Shown: piece after piece, positions 38,101-53,100 of the stretch | How the letters are laid out: each line of letters opens with the position of its first letter | Numbering within the stretch: position 1 is the stretch's first letter | Origin: Torpedo marmorata | Taxonomy: Eukaryota | Direction: 5' to 3' | DNA: 64,000 bases | NCBI GenBank assembly: GCA_977017645.1 | Contig: OZ360231.1 | Coordinates: forward strand, 59,024,001-59,088,000 | The notes under the pieces: generated by a model | Told to the model about the DNA's origin: nothing | Seen by the model: only the letters and a program-made list of their open reading frames with translations | Database searches by the model: none | Position numbers and translations under genes: made by a program

Positions 38101-41100
38101 TCCCGAAAGTGAAAAGCTATTGTTCCCACAGTAAGCAATTGTAAAGAACAGATAACAAGCTTGTAGGTTTTTTTTTATATAAATTGCCTCACTGCAGCTG
38201 CAGAACATTTTATTCTCCAGCTGGAACAGTCCATTCTGTTGTATAATCAGCATCAATAAAGAGATGATGGTGACACTGGACTAGTAATCTAGAGACGGAA
38301 AACCATAAATCGAGAAACACAAGTTTTAAATTTCACTCTGGCAGTGACAGTCTCAGTAATAAGACTATTGGTAAAGATAACAGAGGAACTACTCAAATTG
38401 CATTAAAAATCTAACTGGTTCAGTAATTCAGGGCAAGAAAGCTACCACCCTCACCCTGTTTGGCCTAAATCAACTTTAACCCACAGTAGATTTTTTTTAA
38501 ACTAACAAGCCATTCAGGTGGACAGCAGCAATTCACCACCTCCCCAAGGGCAATTACGGTTGGGCATTTATCAGAGATGCCCACATCCCAAAAAAAAAAG
38601 AAAAATCTTATCTTATAATCTCATTAAAGTTATCAACCCAAAACCTTAACTGTCTTTTTTCTCCACAGATGCTGCCAGAACTATTGAATATTTCCCGTAT
38701 CTTTTGCTTTATTTCAGATTTCCAACATCCACAGACTTTCTGGTTACTTTGTTAAATCTACACAGTGAGATTTTTTTGACCAAGTCTTTTACCTCCACAT
38801 TCAGAGTTCCTTTTTATAACAGCTTGTTCCACGACTCATTTTTATCTCAGTGATTTACCCTGTTACAGTTCAGTGGATCTCATTGATCTAAGAACTCATG
38901 TAAGACACCCAATAGCCATAAAGGAATAATTTCCAGATTCCATTCTTCCAGAAGGAAGCTTCACCCATATTAGAAATGTGGGTACACAAGATATCTGAGC
39001 ATTGTTTCCATCCCCAAGTTTACCTTGCACCTATGCTCACCATAAAGGCAATGTCAGAAACCATCTCTTTATTCAGATACTGAGTCAGAAGAATGTCATT
39101 TCATCTAACATTGCATTCAGAGATATCAACAATGCTAAATTTGCATGGTCCCTACAGTCATTGTGAAATTCAATGATGGGATCCCAAGTTACAATTTTGT
39201 ATTTGCAAATCAATTATTTAACTCATCTCTGTAAAGGAACTCTGATTAAAAAAACAAGCTATAGATAAAGACCCAGAAATAGGATGTGCATAAAGTTCCC
39301 ACACTTGGAAGAGTTACTCCTTGCAAGTATATCTCATATTCAGACCAAAACAATAATACCTTTCAGTCCTACCACACCACAAAACGATGCCGGAATTCGT
39401 ACTGAACCTCCGCCGTCACTCCCAATCGCCAATGGACAAAGGCCTTTAGAAATCAATAATGTTAATGGAGGTTATCTCCACACAGAGAGATTGCAGCTTG
39501 TGGGTTTAGATTTGTGAACTGTTTTGTTATGCATTAATATCAGAAAAAAGGTCCCACAAAACAGATCACAGGAATGGTAACAATTTAAAATTAATACACC
39601 AAAGTTACTCCAAGATATGGAAAGTGACAAGATAGCAGAGATAAAATACAGAAACATAATATCCAAAGAGAACTATGAAACTATGACTAAGCACATGTAC
39701 AGATATAAAGTTCTCAAAAGCCTCTATTGTTGTAAACTAAGGTACAAAGGACATCTGTTTTATTTGCATTATTTGTGTGCTTCACGAAAACAATTGGATT
39801 ATATTCGCTTCCATGCAATTTTCATTTTATCAATTGAATCCAGGGATCTGGATTTGATAATTAAAATTATTTTGTCAGTATCTTCTGACAGTACAACTAA
39901 TTTACATCACTAGCACCCAAGTCAAACAGACCTGAAATAAAGCAATTTTATCCTATCTGTGATGAATTAACCGATCAATTGTGTCGAGATGGAAAACTAG
40001 AATTGATTTTAGCAGCTGTATACTATTTAGAAGAAGATTCAAAATGGGTTTGAGGTTTAAAATCTCTGTCAATCCCTGCAATGAAATAGTCTCACGGATA
40101 TTAGATGAAGTAAGGGAAAATAGGAACTGTTTTATCGATGCATCAGCTGCAGAACAAAGGTACAGCTGGGTCTCCAGGTCCATGAAACACATGGGAGAAT
40201 GTGAGAATTTTAGGACAAGCATGGGTGAGGAATTGATAAACTGGAGGAGTATGTTCTGGGCTTTGGAGCCTAAATGACAGCTAAGTACCCTAGAAACCAA
40301 GGGTTCCATGGATAGCACGTTTCAGGAGCTGGTCAGCACATGGCTCCGTTTGCAGTTAGCGAGCAACTGGGTGCTGGCAACTGAGGTGAGAGTTGAAGAG
40401 AGGATCAGACAGATGTCACAGGTTGGAGGATGGTTAAGCAGTAAATTTGACGGAGGAGAGGTATTTGGGGAGAGGAAAGTGTGTGGGTTTATCAACCCAT
40501 TCACCTGCATCCCTCTCTACTCCCCCACCAAAGAACATGACCAAAGAATCTGGGGTGGGGTGGGGTTTTCAAACACCAAGAAAGCACTGGGAGAGGTTCC
40601 TGCCAAGAATGATGATGGGTTGTCCAGGTTGAGCACCTTTCACCAACCTTGGTGCATACCTCAATTTATAGAACACAAGAACATAAGAAATAGGAGCAGG
40701 AGTAGGCCATCTGGCCCGTCAAGCCTGCTCTGCCATTCAATGTGATCATGGCCAATCTGATGATAGGCTTATCTCCACCTACCTGCCTTTTCCCCCATAT
40801 CCCTTAATTCCCTTACTATGTAAAAATCTATCCAACCTTGCCTTAAATACATTTACTGAGATAGCCTCCACTGCTTCAATGGGCAGTGAATTCCACAGAT
40901 TCACCACCCTCTGGGAAAAGCAGTTTCTCCTCATCTCCATCCTAAATCTACTACCCTGAATCTTGAGGCTACGTCCCCTAGTTCTAGTCTCCCCCACCAA
41001 TGGAAACAACTTAACTACCTCTATCTTATCTATGCCTTTCATAAGTTTCTATAAGATCCTCTTTCATTCTTCTAAATTCCAGTGAGTACAGTCCCAGACA

Positions 41101-44100
41101 ACTCAATCTCTCCTCAGAGGCTAACCCCCTCATCTATGGAATCAACCTGGTGAACCTCTTCTGCACCGCCTCCAAAGCTAGTACATCCTTCCTCAAGTGA
41201 GGAGACCAGAACTGCACGCAGTACTCCAGATGCGGCCTCACCAGTACTTTGTACAGTTGCAGCATAACCTCCATAGACCTCGTTCAAAGAGAGAGGTCCA
41301 TGCTATTTGAAGGCTTCACACGCAGGAATTATCCATGCGATATCATAACATGCAATACACACCATCTGATGTTAGCTTAAAGTGCTCATTAAAAATTGGT
41401 GCCAAGTATTACCACACTCTGAACAATTAAGCTCACCAGCTGCTACAGCTGCTCCTGAGCCACTGGAACTTCCCCCAGGGAAGTGTTGAGGATTGTAGGG
41501 GTTCCTGGGAACTCCATGATACCTGGATTAACAAGTACAAAATACACCACATCAATGCTTTGTTAAAATGTACATTGTGGCATACATGCATAATTTATTT
41601 TCACCCTTGTGACTCATGCTGTGGGCTTCCACCACCCGTTTGCAACTCATCTCTATGATTCAAAAGGCCAATATAAATTTTATAAGCAGGTGTGTACGTG
41701 CATGAAGGTGCTGGCTGAATTTGATATACCAGCCACACCACCTACCAGGTACAGCTATGGCATTCAACACTTAATATGCCAAGCTCATTTTGATTCAAAT
41801 GACCAATTCTGATCTGCTCCATTCTGTAATATAATAGTGTAATTCTACAACCTTTTGTTGCTGTAGAAAGACCTAGAAAGTTGATGTTGACAGCAACAGA
41901 GAGATAACTCTGCAACGACTTGGACTTGGCTGTATTAGGCAAATATTTAAAAATTTGCAGATGCAGACAATCAGGAATCATTGTGAATGTTGATGCTGAT
42001 AGACTGAAGAGATATCGGCAGATTGGTGGAGGTGGCAGATAAAATGCAATGCTAGGAAATGTGAAGTGTTACAATTTAGTGGGAAGAATTAGAAAAGGAA
42101 ATGTAAAGTAGAGATCAGAATTCTTTTAGAGCTATCTCTGGGTATATGCAAAGTTCCTATGTAACAGGGCAGGTTGAAAGTGGGTTTAAAAAAAAAAAAA
42201 AAGCATAAATAGAGCCATAAAGTAAAAGTGTAAGGAGTTAACCTTACAAAATGCTCATTCAGCTACAACTGGAATTGATGCTAAGTTCTGGGTGCTACAC
42301 TTCAGGAAATAAATGGAGGATTTAGAGAGGGTGTAAAAGAGATTTACCAAAATCATTTCAGGGACAAGTGACTTCAGTAATGTGGATAGAATGCAAAGAG
42401 CTTTGATAGATATTTAAAATGCTGAAAGCCATCGAGAGTGTACATGGAGAGAAATATATATGTGCTGGAGGAACTCAGCAGGTCACGCAGCAGCCATAGA
42501 AAGTAAAGGGTAATCAACATTTCAGTCCTGGGCCCTTCATTGGGTATGGTCCGAAATGTTGGTTACCCTTTACTTCCTATGGATGCTGCGTGACCATCAC
42601 GTTTGTGTATTGTGCTTGACCCCAGCATCTGCAGATTTTCTTGTTTAACTACATGGAGAGAAATGGCTCCTTTTAAAAGGATGACGATCCAGAATGTGTA
42701 GGATTAAGCTGACTGGCAAAAGAAACGAGGAATTTTTTTTTTTTTTTTTTTTAATATATCCTTGCATAAAGCAAGTCCATTCTTACTGTAACCATTCTAC
42801 AATTTTTAATCCAAGCACTGTTGATTGGTATCCTTTGTAGTTGGGACTAAAAATACAAGAGCTTGGTCCTTGCAAGAGGAAGGAAACTGCCTACCATAAT
42901 TTTGGATTTAGAGATATTTTACCTTCAAGAACACTGACCCTCATACAATTTACAAAACACTAATGCAACATCGAAAGATGCTTCCTACTTTGACATTGCA
43001 ACTGCAGAAGCAGTTAGAAGGCAAGGGAGCCATTGCAAACTTCCACAGTAAAGATGAAAATGATCTATACAGAATGTTCAAGTACAGATATGATCCAATA
43101 TATATTTTATATTTATATATTTATATATTTATTTATTTATTTTAATCTAATAAACCGAACTTTTGGAAGGAAATAAAGAGTGCAGCAAATTGCCGATAAC
43201 ACGATATGCATTGATTCTGCCCAGTGGGTTCCAGGATTGATGAGGATGAGAGTGGTGTGTACAAGGGAAAGTTCAACCTTCACTAAAATACCTACAGTAT
43301 TATACATTTTGTACACAAGACACCCAATCATAAAGATTATAGCAGCGCAATTCTGATTGCTTAGAACAATACCACAAGTGACAAAAAATTCACTAGCCAC
43401 TAAAAAAGTATACAGTACATAACAAGCTCATGAGTGTTTTGCTGCAGTACAACAAAATTCTGCTTTATATTTTTGGTTACTAATGCTGTAGCAATAAGAA
43501 TAAATGGTGTGCTTTATGTTTTCAGCTGCCTGGACCCCGAGTTTTGGAATCCTCTCCCTAAAACTCTCTCTACCTCCGGGTCACTCTATTTTTCCCTGCA
43601 CCTCCTCGTACAGCCTTGTGTCAAATTTAATTTGACAAAGCTCCACAGTACCATTGCTCACTGTTCATTGGGAAGTTCTGCATGCCCACATTCAGTAGAA
43701 TATTTGCTGTGCAAAACAGAATTGAAATTAAATCTGAAAATCAAAAACCTACAGATGTCGAACATTTTAAATTAATGGTTTTCAAACTGCCGGCCTAAAC
43801 TCACATTCCATAAGTGAGTTTAAACTGCCCCCCTAAACTTCACATTCCACCTTAAGCAATCCCTATGCCATAAGTGCTCTGTGATTAGTTAGGGATTGAA
43901 AGAAAAAGTTTGAAAACCACTGTTTTAATCGTACCTAATTGACTCGTTATGTGCACGGTTTCATAACTCCAAAGGAAATGGGCCAATGACAGTTTTTCTC
44001 AAGCAAACTATTTCAGTAACAATTGGGTCTAGAGCAGTGGTTCTCAACCTTTTTTCCCCACTCACATACCACCTTAAGCAATCCCTTACTGATCACAGAG

Positions 44101-47100
44101 CGCTGATGGCATAGGGATTGCTTAAGGTGGAATGTGAAGTTTAGGGGGGCAGTTTGAAAACCACTGCTTTAAATAAACACTCAGCAGATCAGGCAGCATT
44201 TGCAGAATTGTAACAAATCTGCTTTTTGCTTATGGAAGTACACTGCTAAAGCCAAAGTTGCGTGTTAATGATAATCCCATCTTCACCTGTTGACATTGCA
44301 GCCAGTTACACCCAGCCCAAGCTCGTGCATATTGGATACACCAATAATCATTGCTCCAGCCTCTCGTAATTTTATGACAACTGTGGCATCCTCAGTCTCT
44401 CGCTCCTCACCAAGATAAACAGTTCCCACCCGTTGATAGTATGGAACCTAAACAAATGCAAATTGTGTTAGCAGAGGAATGTTTAAAAGCACTAACTTAT
44501 TGAAAACTGACATATTACAACAATAATACTGTGACTGAGTCTGACAAGCAAAAGATAGCAATGAGTACCCAAAAGCAAAATTGTGACAACTAGTTGTCAA
44601 CTGATTGAATGCGATTCGGAATTTGGTCCAAATGATCAAAGTCCCAAAGCTGTAGGCTTCCCATAAACCTAATTTTAGACACCTCTACTGGGGGATACAT
44701 ATGCTGTAATTTCACAAATGGACCTCTACCTTCTAGAGGCTGAAAACAGCTCTACAACACCTCCTCACAACTCTTTGGACAGCATCAGGCCAGTTTCTCC
44801 CAGTCAATGACATAATTTCACCTGGAAATCATTCCTCTGCAACCTCTCGTCCTGCAGCTCCCCCTTAGAGCTTGCTTCTACCTCCTGTCCAAGATCCAGA
44901 AGTAGGATTGCCCTGGCACACCCATCTTTCTTTGATCGTTCTATAGATGCCAACAAAATGTTAACAGGACTGGGTGAACGGAGGATAGCTGCTCCTATTC
45001 CTATGTTCTCTGTTTTTAGGCAATTTACTTCTTACTCTCTAAACCCCATTCTTTATCTCTTGGTTCAATCTCTTCACATGCATGCTCATGCCATGCACAA
45101 CTCCCTCATCTGCTATGCCAGCTTCCTGGACATCCAATTTCTCTCTTCCCTCATCCCACATCAGGGTGCCTTGAGGGTCCAATTACTTCTTACTTAAATT
45201 GAGGATCAATCATTCCTGCTCCACTGCCATCGCCCTCCTTCCCCTGGCTTTACACTGAACAGCTTCTCCCTCCAACCCCAAACTTTTGTCTCTCCACCTG
45301 ACCTGCTGAAAATTCCCAACAATTTTTAAAAAAAATTTCAAACCTCAGCATATTGCTATGGAGCTTCCCAATTGTGACTTCACTTGCAAGAACAAACCAA
45401 GGTTTAGAAAACTGTGCCAGCATCAACATCCCCTTAAGCACCATCTTAAGCAGCAGCATATCGCATTCCTTAAAACTGAAAGCTTAACAAATTAACTTGA
45501 TACCCAATTCTTTCAAAGAAAAAAAAACCTTGCGCACACCCAAAATATCCCATACTCATCATTCCCTCTCCCTACTCAGCTGCACATTGATTTCCAAGTA
45601 AAATCCCCAGACTGAGCCAAAGAAATCTACACATCCTGCCAGACATATCATCAGCAGTAAGTGCTCGTCTAATGAATAGGTCCTTAAACAATCAATGTTG
45701 AGGAACTAGGAGCAGAAAACAAATGCAGGCCTGGCAGAACCTCCCATGCGCCAAGAGCAAACCTAAAATGGTACACAGGAAAATAAGAACCAGCAATGCC
45801 ACACTACATTAATCTTGTCCAATATTAATTGTACAATTTAAAGTGATCTGGTTGCAAAAAAAGATGATTACGGTGAATATTTCATTCTCTTGCACTTTAA
45901 ACTTTTATTAGGCAAAAATAACAAATTGTTTTGAAATTGAGCAAGAGGCCAGCTTTGAACTGGGAACATCACACAGAACCAATATGTACTTGGACTTTAC
46001 ACCTCAAAAATAACTGACGCAGAATAGAGTCCTCGAGAGCAGAGGGTTCAGTGTTTGGGATACATTTCAGGTAAGCATCATTTCAAAACCACAATCAGGG
46101 CTCAAACCAGGGAAGAAGTGGGCTAAGGAGCCAAAAAACATTGTGCATCAAGAAATTATGCAAAGCAGCTGCCAGGAAGGCAGCAGCCACCCAGGACTGG
46201 AGCCTTCAACTTTGTTATAATGCACTGGTGGGAGGCTTGGGTTTCTACTCCAAACCACCTCCGAGGAGTCTTCACAAATACTACGTTTTATTTTGTCTCA
46301 GCCAAAAAGGAAAAATACAAGACAAGCGGGGATGTTGCATTTCTTCACTGAAGCTTTGAGCTCACCCTTGATTCTTTTTCTCTGCCAATTTGACAGAGGT
46401 TGGAGAGTGTCTGATTTGGGCCAAGTGTTGGTCATGTTGCCTTCCTAATGCATCAGACTGTTTGCAACCACGACCTCAATGCTGGGATGGGAGAAGATGC
46501 TGGAAGGACAAGCGAACTAATGTGCATGGGGAATTATGTAGCGATAGTAGTGGTGGCACCTTTCTAGTGCCTTGAGATGCCTGCTGTAGTTAGTCCAGGT
46601 CTTAGAAGCATACAGGACAGGAATCAGTACTGCCTGTGTTTTGAGCTTTGTGCAAGGACTGCAGCCTCGATCTGAAATCGTTCTATTCTTCAAGTTAAGT
46701 TGGTCTGAAGCTCTGTTGGCTCACTGGAGGCGATGATGAATATCAATGGTGTGTATCACTACCCATTAGTACTTCACTAACGTTATACTGAAACACACCT
46801 CTGCCCCCAATAATGTACCACAGTGTTTATACAGTACAGATCTGTGCCCATCATTGCCTAGACGGGTACATGAACCTGGGCCAGGAATATTGAACCCGAT
46901 TTGTTCACTGATCCCCAAAGTTGACACGGGATTCATGGCATCCAGTTCCTGCTCACCCTTGACCTGAAGTGCTCCTTGTAGTCTTCCTATACTTCTGTCA
47001 GACATTGTCATGGGGTGTCCTGGGAATTTCAGAACCTATTGGCAGGCTGATGGCCAGAGCAGCAACTGTAGCAAGTGACCACGTGGATCTTGACGGGTTG

Positions 47101-50100
47101 CAATAAGGCAAATGCTCACAGAACCAATCAACTCACTCCATGGACGGATGTGGGCTGTGTACTGTGCGCCACAGCCATAACATAGGAAGGATGCAATTAA
47201 GCCAGAAATAGTGCAGCAAAGATTCACTGGATTGTTACATAAACTGAAGGGGTTGAGTTGCAAGGAGAGATTAACTTAGCTGAGGTGGTTTTCCCTAAAG
47301 CAAAGGAGGCTGAGGGTGAACTTAAAGTCTATACAATTATGAAGTGCATAGATAGAGTAGATAGTCACAGGCTATTTCCCAGGGTAGGGTGTCTAAAACT
47401 AGAGGGCATCAGAATAAGACGAGAGGGAAGAGATTGAATAGTGGATCAGTAGGGCACGGTTTTCCACAGAGGATAGGGGGATACATGAAACAAGCTGCGA
47501 GAGGATGGAGGCAGGTACATGGATAGGGGCTAAAAGTAGACAAATACAGGTATGATTAGAGCAGACAGGTTGGGACAAGGGGCAAAGTTCCAAGCTGTAT
47601 AACTCCACAAATCTCTGAGACAGCAGACGAGGAAGTTACAAAACTGAAGTGCAATAACTGGAATGTCACAATTCCATTAAAAGTCTGAAATTATTAATTC
47701 CTGTCAAACAAAATGAAATCGTTTTCATATAGTAGCAGAAACTGAAGTGCAGAAGCTTTCGGTTCTAGCACACTTGTGGCCACAATGTCTTCAGATCCAT
47801 TAATGTTCCATCATTTCAAATACTCAACTTTTAAGTACAAATGTTATCATAATTTATGTCACATTCCACGATCTTATGGCCCTCTGTTGCAAGGCCTTTT
47901 TGCTTCTTTTGAGTTTTACAGAACAGAAACAGACCACTCAGCCCATCTTTTCCATGCCAACCAAGTTGTCTACCTAAACTAGTGCCCATGTTCAGACCAT
48001 ACCTTTCTGATCCTTTCTTCCCCACATGCCAGTCTAAATGTCTTTTAAATGTTGCAACAGTACCACTTCCTTCTCATGTGACCGTCTGGATGCTCCTCTC
48101 AACACCTTCCATTCTTCCCTGGTCCCAACTTCATTAATTGCCATTAAACATATTCCTACACTCTCAGGGACTGTTGGGAACTACATACATAGTTTATTCC
48201 CCACCTTCTGAATGTCTGAGGTTGCCCCCTTCCTTCTCCTCCAGTGTCCCACCTTTCTAGTCACTTTCCTCATCTCTTTAGCTTTTGTCTCAGGAACCAA
48301 GAACATGGATCAATCAATGGCACTGATCAGAAACTAAACTTCATCTTATTCCCAGGTATTCACATTCTAGTCCATCTTCAGTCAAACAGTATTATACTTA
48401 CAACTTTAATTTCCTCCTTAATGCACACAGGAATTCCATCCAGTGGGGAAAGAGGTGTATTAGCTCTGTACCGAGCAGTGGAGGCTTCCGCCATCTAAAT
48501 ATCATAACAGAATGCCAGTGGTAAGCAGAGAATAATAGTGCTGTCAAAAAATGTTGAATTATTGAAATGTCTTGCTAAAAGTTGTTTTGAAAGAAATGCA
48601 GAAATTGGGACCATTTCAACTTGAAGATCTGAAACTGAACTTTTCAGTAACAAAACATTTACTCATCATATGGAGACAGTTAAAATGTGAAGGACAGCGT
48701 GCAAATTAACTAAACACAGGGCTAACAGATGGTAAGGAATGAGTCAGCTGGTTGTCACTAGGACTGCTATAAATAGCCAAACTAAAACTGCAGATCAAAC
48801 AATTCTGTATAGAATCAACAACTCTAGTATTGTCTACTTGAAAACTTATTTCAATTTTTTTTGTAACATAATGCTTCCGTCGTTTTCCCAGTCATCATCA
48901 CAACCAATTAGTTCACTACATTTAATCTGTTAGCTCTGTATATAGCCACCATTCGCAACATCATCCTTAGAGTTAAATTCTACGTAGCAAACAGCAGTAT
49001 AGTATCACTATACAAAAATGACACCATAAGCTTGGTTTGCAAGGTTCCTCAATTTGACCATTTGATTTCCTCCTAACATCTCAGCACCCATCCATTAACT
49101 GAAGGTGTATTCGACCAACTGTGAAGAGAAATTGATCGTCTATGTCTTGCATGAGCAATCATTCTGTCAATAGTGTCACTAACAAGCATAGCAGGTATTC
49201 GTTACAGAAAACGTGAACTAGAACAGTTGTGCACCAAATACTAAGTAGAATTTACTGTCAATGCATATTCTTACAGAGAAGTCTGCATTACCTTTGGAGA
49301 ATATGGGAAGATTTTTGTTGTCAGTAAGGAGCTACCTTTCTTTTGGGCCTCACAGAATGCTCTCATTTCTCTATTGCTTTTGGCTGTCTTACAAATAATA
49401 TGTTGGATGACAGGTTGGAATTAAGCAAATCCTTGGCAAGCCACTGATAAAGTACAATGGTGCCAATCTGCTGTTCGGCTTCTTTATTTCTGAAGTAAAC
49501 AATCTAGCCAGAAAGACCAGTCATCTGTTTACAAGATCATAGCAACTGTGAGAAGGTCACAAACTACAAAAGAACATCTTACCAGCATTTCTTTCCCCAC
49601 TCTGCACTAACCATCCCACATAGACTTGTTCTGCCAATGTGATATATGCAAGTGCAAACCCAAGTGCAAATCTTTGCTTTTCACATAGAAAATGTTGCTA
49701 TGTAATGGTACTTCCAGTTCACTGGAAGTGCCAGCTGCAGAATGCACATGATTATAGCCTGGGTTACCAGGGGCTGCATAATTATCCAGTCAATCATTTT
49801 AATGAATGGAAAAACAAAAGCTCGAGATCTACAATTTCCAAACACCTACTAACAACTCCACCTTTTGCCATTCCTCATTTTCAAAACCACATTAAGCATA
49901 TAGGAACAGACTGGCAATGCAAAAAATGCAGGCCAGTGGGAAAATATTATAGGTGGGCTTCAGCTGTTATTTTAATATGATTGTCTCATATGGAAAAGTT
50001 ACTACAAACAAAAGCAACTGCAGCAACAGTTGGATTCTGACATGAAGAAAATAAGAGTTTTGAATCTGAATAGGCAAATTTACACAGATCAGAAATGTCT

Positions 50101-53100
50101 TCCTCATCCACAGATATTTGGTGGACTCCCACATTCCTTGAAATGCCTGCACTGGCTCAGAAAACTTTGATTTATTTTTCCAAGTGTTGTTGGAAGGACA
50201 TCATCTGGCTTGACTGCATTATCATACCAGACTGCAATAGCCTGGCAATAGCCATTATTAGGAATTAAATACGTTCTCCCAGTGTCTGCGTGGGTTTTCT
50301 CCGGGGGCTCCGCTTTCCTCCCACCGTTCAAAAACGTACCGGGGTGTACGTTAATGGGGTGTAAAGTGGGCGGCATGGACTCAATAGCCTAAACACGACT
50401 GGGATTGTCTGATCTCGGAAGCTAAGCAGGCACAGGACTGGTCAGTACTTGGAGGGGAGACCGCCAAGGAACACCAGGTGCTGTAGGTTTCTGTGAGGAG
50501 CGCTGAACAAAGTAGCGACTCTCTGTCTGCCTTACTTACGTTAGACAAAAATTAAAGAATTTCATGTATGTTAAATTCTAAATGTAGTATTACGTGACAA
50601 TAATGGAACCTTTACCTTTACTCGTGGGCCGAAATGGCCTGTTACCGTGCTGTATGTCTAAAACCTTTTTAAAAAGCACTTAAAATGAGGCATTGCAAGG
50701 TAAAGGTCACTGAAAAGGACATTTCACAAGCTCAGTTCTTGCCTCATGATCCTGCACCCACCCTTGCCCCTCCACAGGCAAGTGAGCAAAAAGTGAAAAC
50801 CCAGAGACAAAACTTCAGAACATTGGGAAGGAATGATGCAGAGAACAAGCAGCAAAAAGAAATCCAAACATTCCACTGAAAAAATACGAAAGATCAGATA
50901 CTCATAGGGACATAAATTAATTTTGATCATTTATTTTTGCCAAGACTAATGAATTTAGGAAACACCAAAATAATTTTTTTTTCCTAATTTCAGAATTTCA
51001 CCCTGCAACACAGTCATTGAATAACTTGTTAACCAGGATTGAAATAAAAAATGTACAACTTGAATGGTTACATTCTACCCATTAAAAGCTCCCTCCAAAA
51101 CATCACAGGCATCACAATTGAATTGAAAATATTGCCAACCTTCATTATCAGCTCACTTTCATATTGTACAATAGCTCGCAACGGAGCAGTTGTTTGATCA
51201 TCATCTTTCAGGGCTCTGATCACATTCTTCGCCACTTGGATTGGAGTAGTTTTACCAGCCCTATACAAGCACAAATTGATTTCTTTAAATATACGATGAT
51301 GGCTCATCAACTGATTAGTCAAAAGAATACCATGAACATTAGTGACAAAAGTCAATCATTGCCCTTCTTCTAGTGATACAAGTATCCAGGGAAGTTTTAA
51401 TCCATTTATAACTCTTGAAAGTAAAAATAACATGGGGTATAAATGGGCATCTATGGAGAAAGCAAAATCTAAATATTTTTCTTTCAAAGTTGTTAAAATT
51501 TGGGGTTGAGGTTCAGACCCATTTTCATCTTCACAGAATATTTGATACAGTCTAGAAAATGTCTCCATCTCAGTGATGAAGCTGCAAATAATTCAGCTTT
51601 TGTGCAGTTGTTGAATCCGAAATGTATTGTGTAAATCTGCAGAAAGGATAGCTCCGCCAACTGAAGCTGCCTCAGGCACTTCAGCCTGAGCTCCCCAACA
51701 CCCACCCATTCCATATTATAAAAGGTTAACCATACAATTTCATGCTGACCCTGAAATAAATGTGACTTTTTAAATAATTAATGGAATTTGTTACAGAAAC
51801 CCTCTAATCTCCCCAAAGCTAAGATTTCATTCAGAACCTGTAAACCTTATCATTAACTGTTCACTATAAATGACAAACTATTATCAGAAACATATCCTGT
51901 TAATTTTCATATCCTTGCTAAACACTTGGAATATTTTTGCCAGCAAAGTGACAAAAAGTGCTTGTGACATTTACCAACGTGATTAAATGACAAGCATTTA
52001 CATGCATCATCCTTAAAAGAATAGTCTTACTTTCCCTCCATCTGCCCTTCCCTCCATCAACACTTCAGAATTGGGGATCTGCTCATAACTCCTCAAGAAT
52101 TGACATCAGCAGTAAATGGAGAACATATCATCGTGGGTCGATTAGTGGTACAGAATGTGGTAGGACAACTCTCTCTGTTTGCTTTCAAAGAGCTGTCTTG
52201 ATTGCTCCAGTCACTCCGCTCTACTTTAATCTTGACCAAAACCCCCATGAGCTGCCAGAAAAAAAAACTCAAGCCTGCCATTTTTGGCACCCCACAATTT
52301 CTATCTCTTTATGTTGACTCTCTTTTATGATGGGTTAGGACATTGAGCAAGTAGTAATGAATGTACAAGTACTTCATGTCCACAGTAGCTTATCATCACT
52401 ACTTCCAAAAGGAATAATTCCACGCATGTCCAACTTCTTGGAGTTGGTAAATGTGGTTGGGGTAGGGTTGTGATTGAAATGGCACTAGTCCTGCCTGTTA
52501 GCCTTTTACTTGGATAGTCTGAATAGCAAAGGCATTAAGGAAATAATGAAATCACTTCTTGTACTTGTATACATACTTATATTCTTCGAGGAAATCAGAA
52601 ATGCTTTTAAAGTTGAATCCAAGCCTCTCTTCTGTAACTCTGAAAAAAATATATACAAAATTGTTACTTTTAGCGAAGTAGAACCACTTTAACTAAACAC
52701 ACACAACACTTAGATTAAGTAACACATCATTTCTGACTCAGAGTATTAATCAACAAAGTTAACACTTATTTTTAACGTTTATCATGACACAGGTTGAACG
52801 ACATCAGGTCTATGGTTCCTTTCTAATGGCCCCCAGTGTTTGAATCCTTCCTATATATCCCACTAGTTAGAAAAGACTGGTTTGAAAGATGTGGTTAGAC
52901 TTTAATTGAAATCAATCTCAGAACATCAGTACTCATTTCTCATTCCTGGGTGCCCTAAGAAATTAGTGGCAGGCTCTCCAATTTATTAAAATTTTCTGGT
53001 GTACATTTTCCAGGACTGGCTTAGTACTTTAATATTCTGCTGGCCATTGGCTGCTCTGTTGCATTGGTTCAGCATGTCTGGAGGCAACCAGTGTCAGGAG

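Noticed and set aside
50386-50490. Functional 5S rRNA gene
   Set aside because: 5'-truncated, diverged, fused to a retroelement tail and flanked by a TSD inside another SINE.
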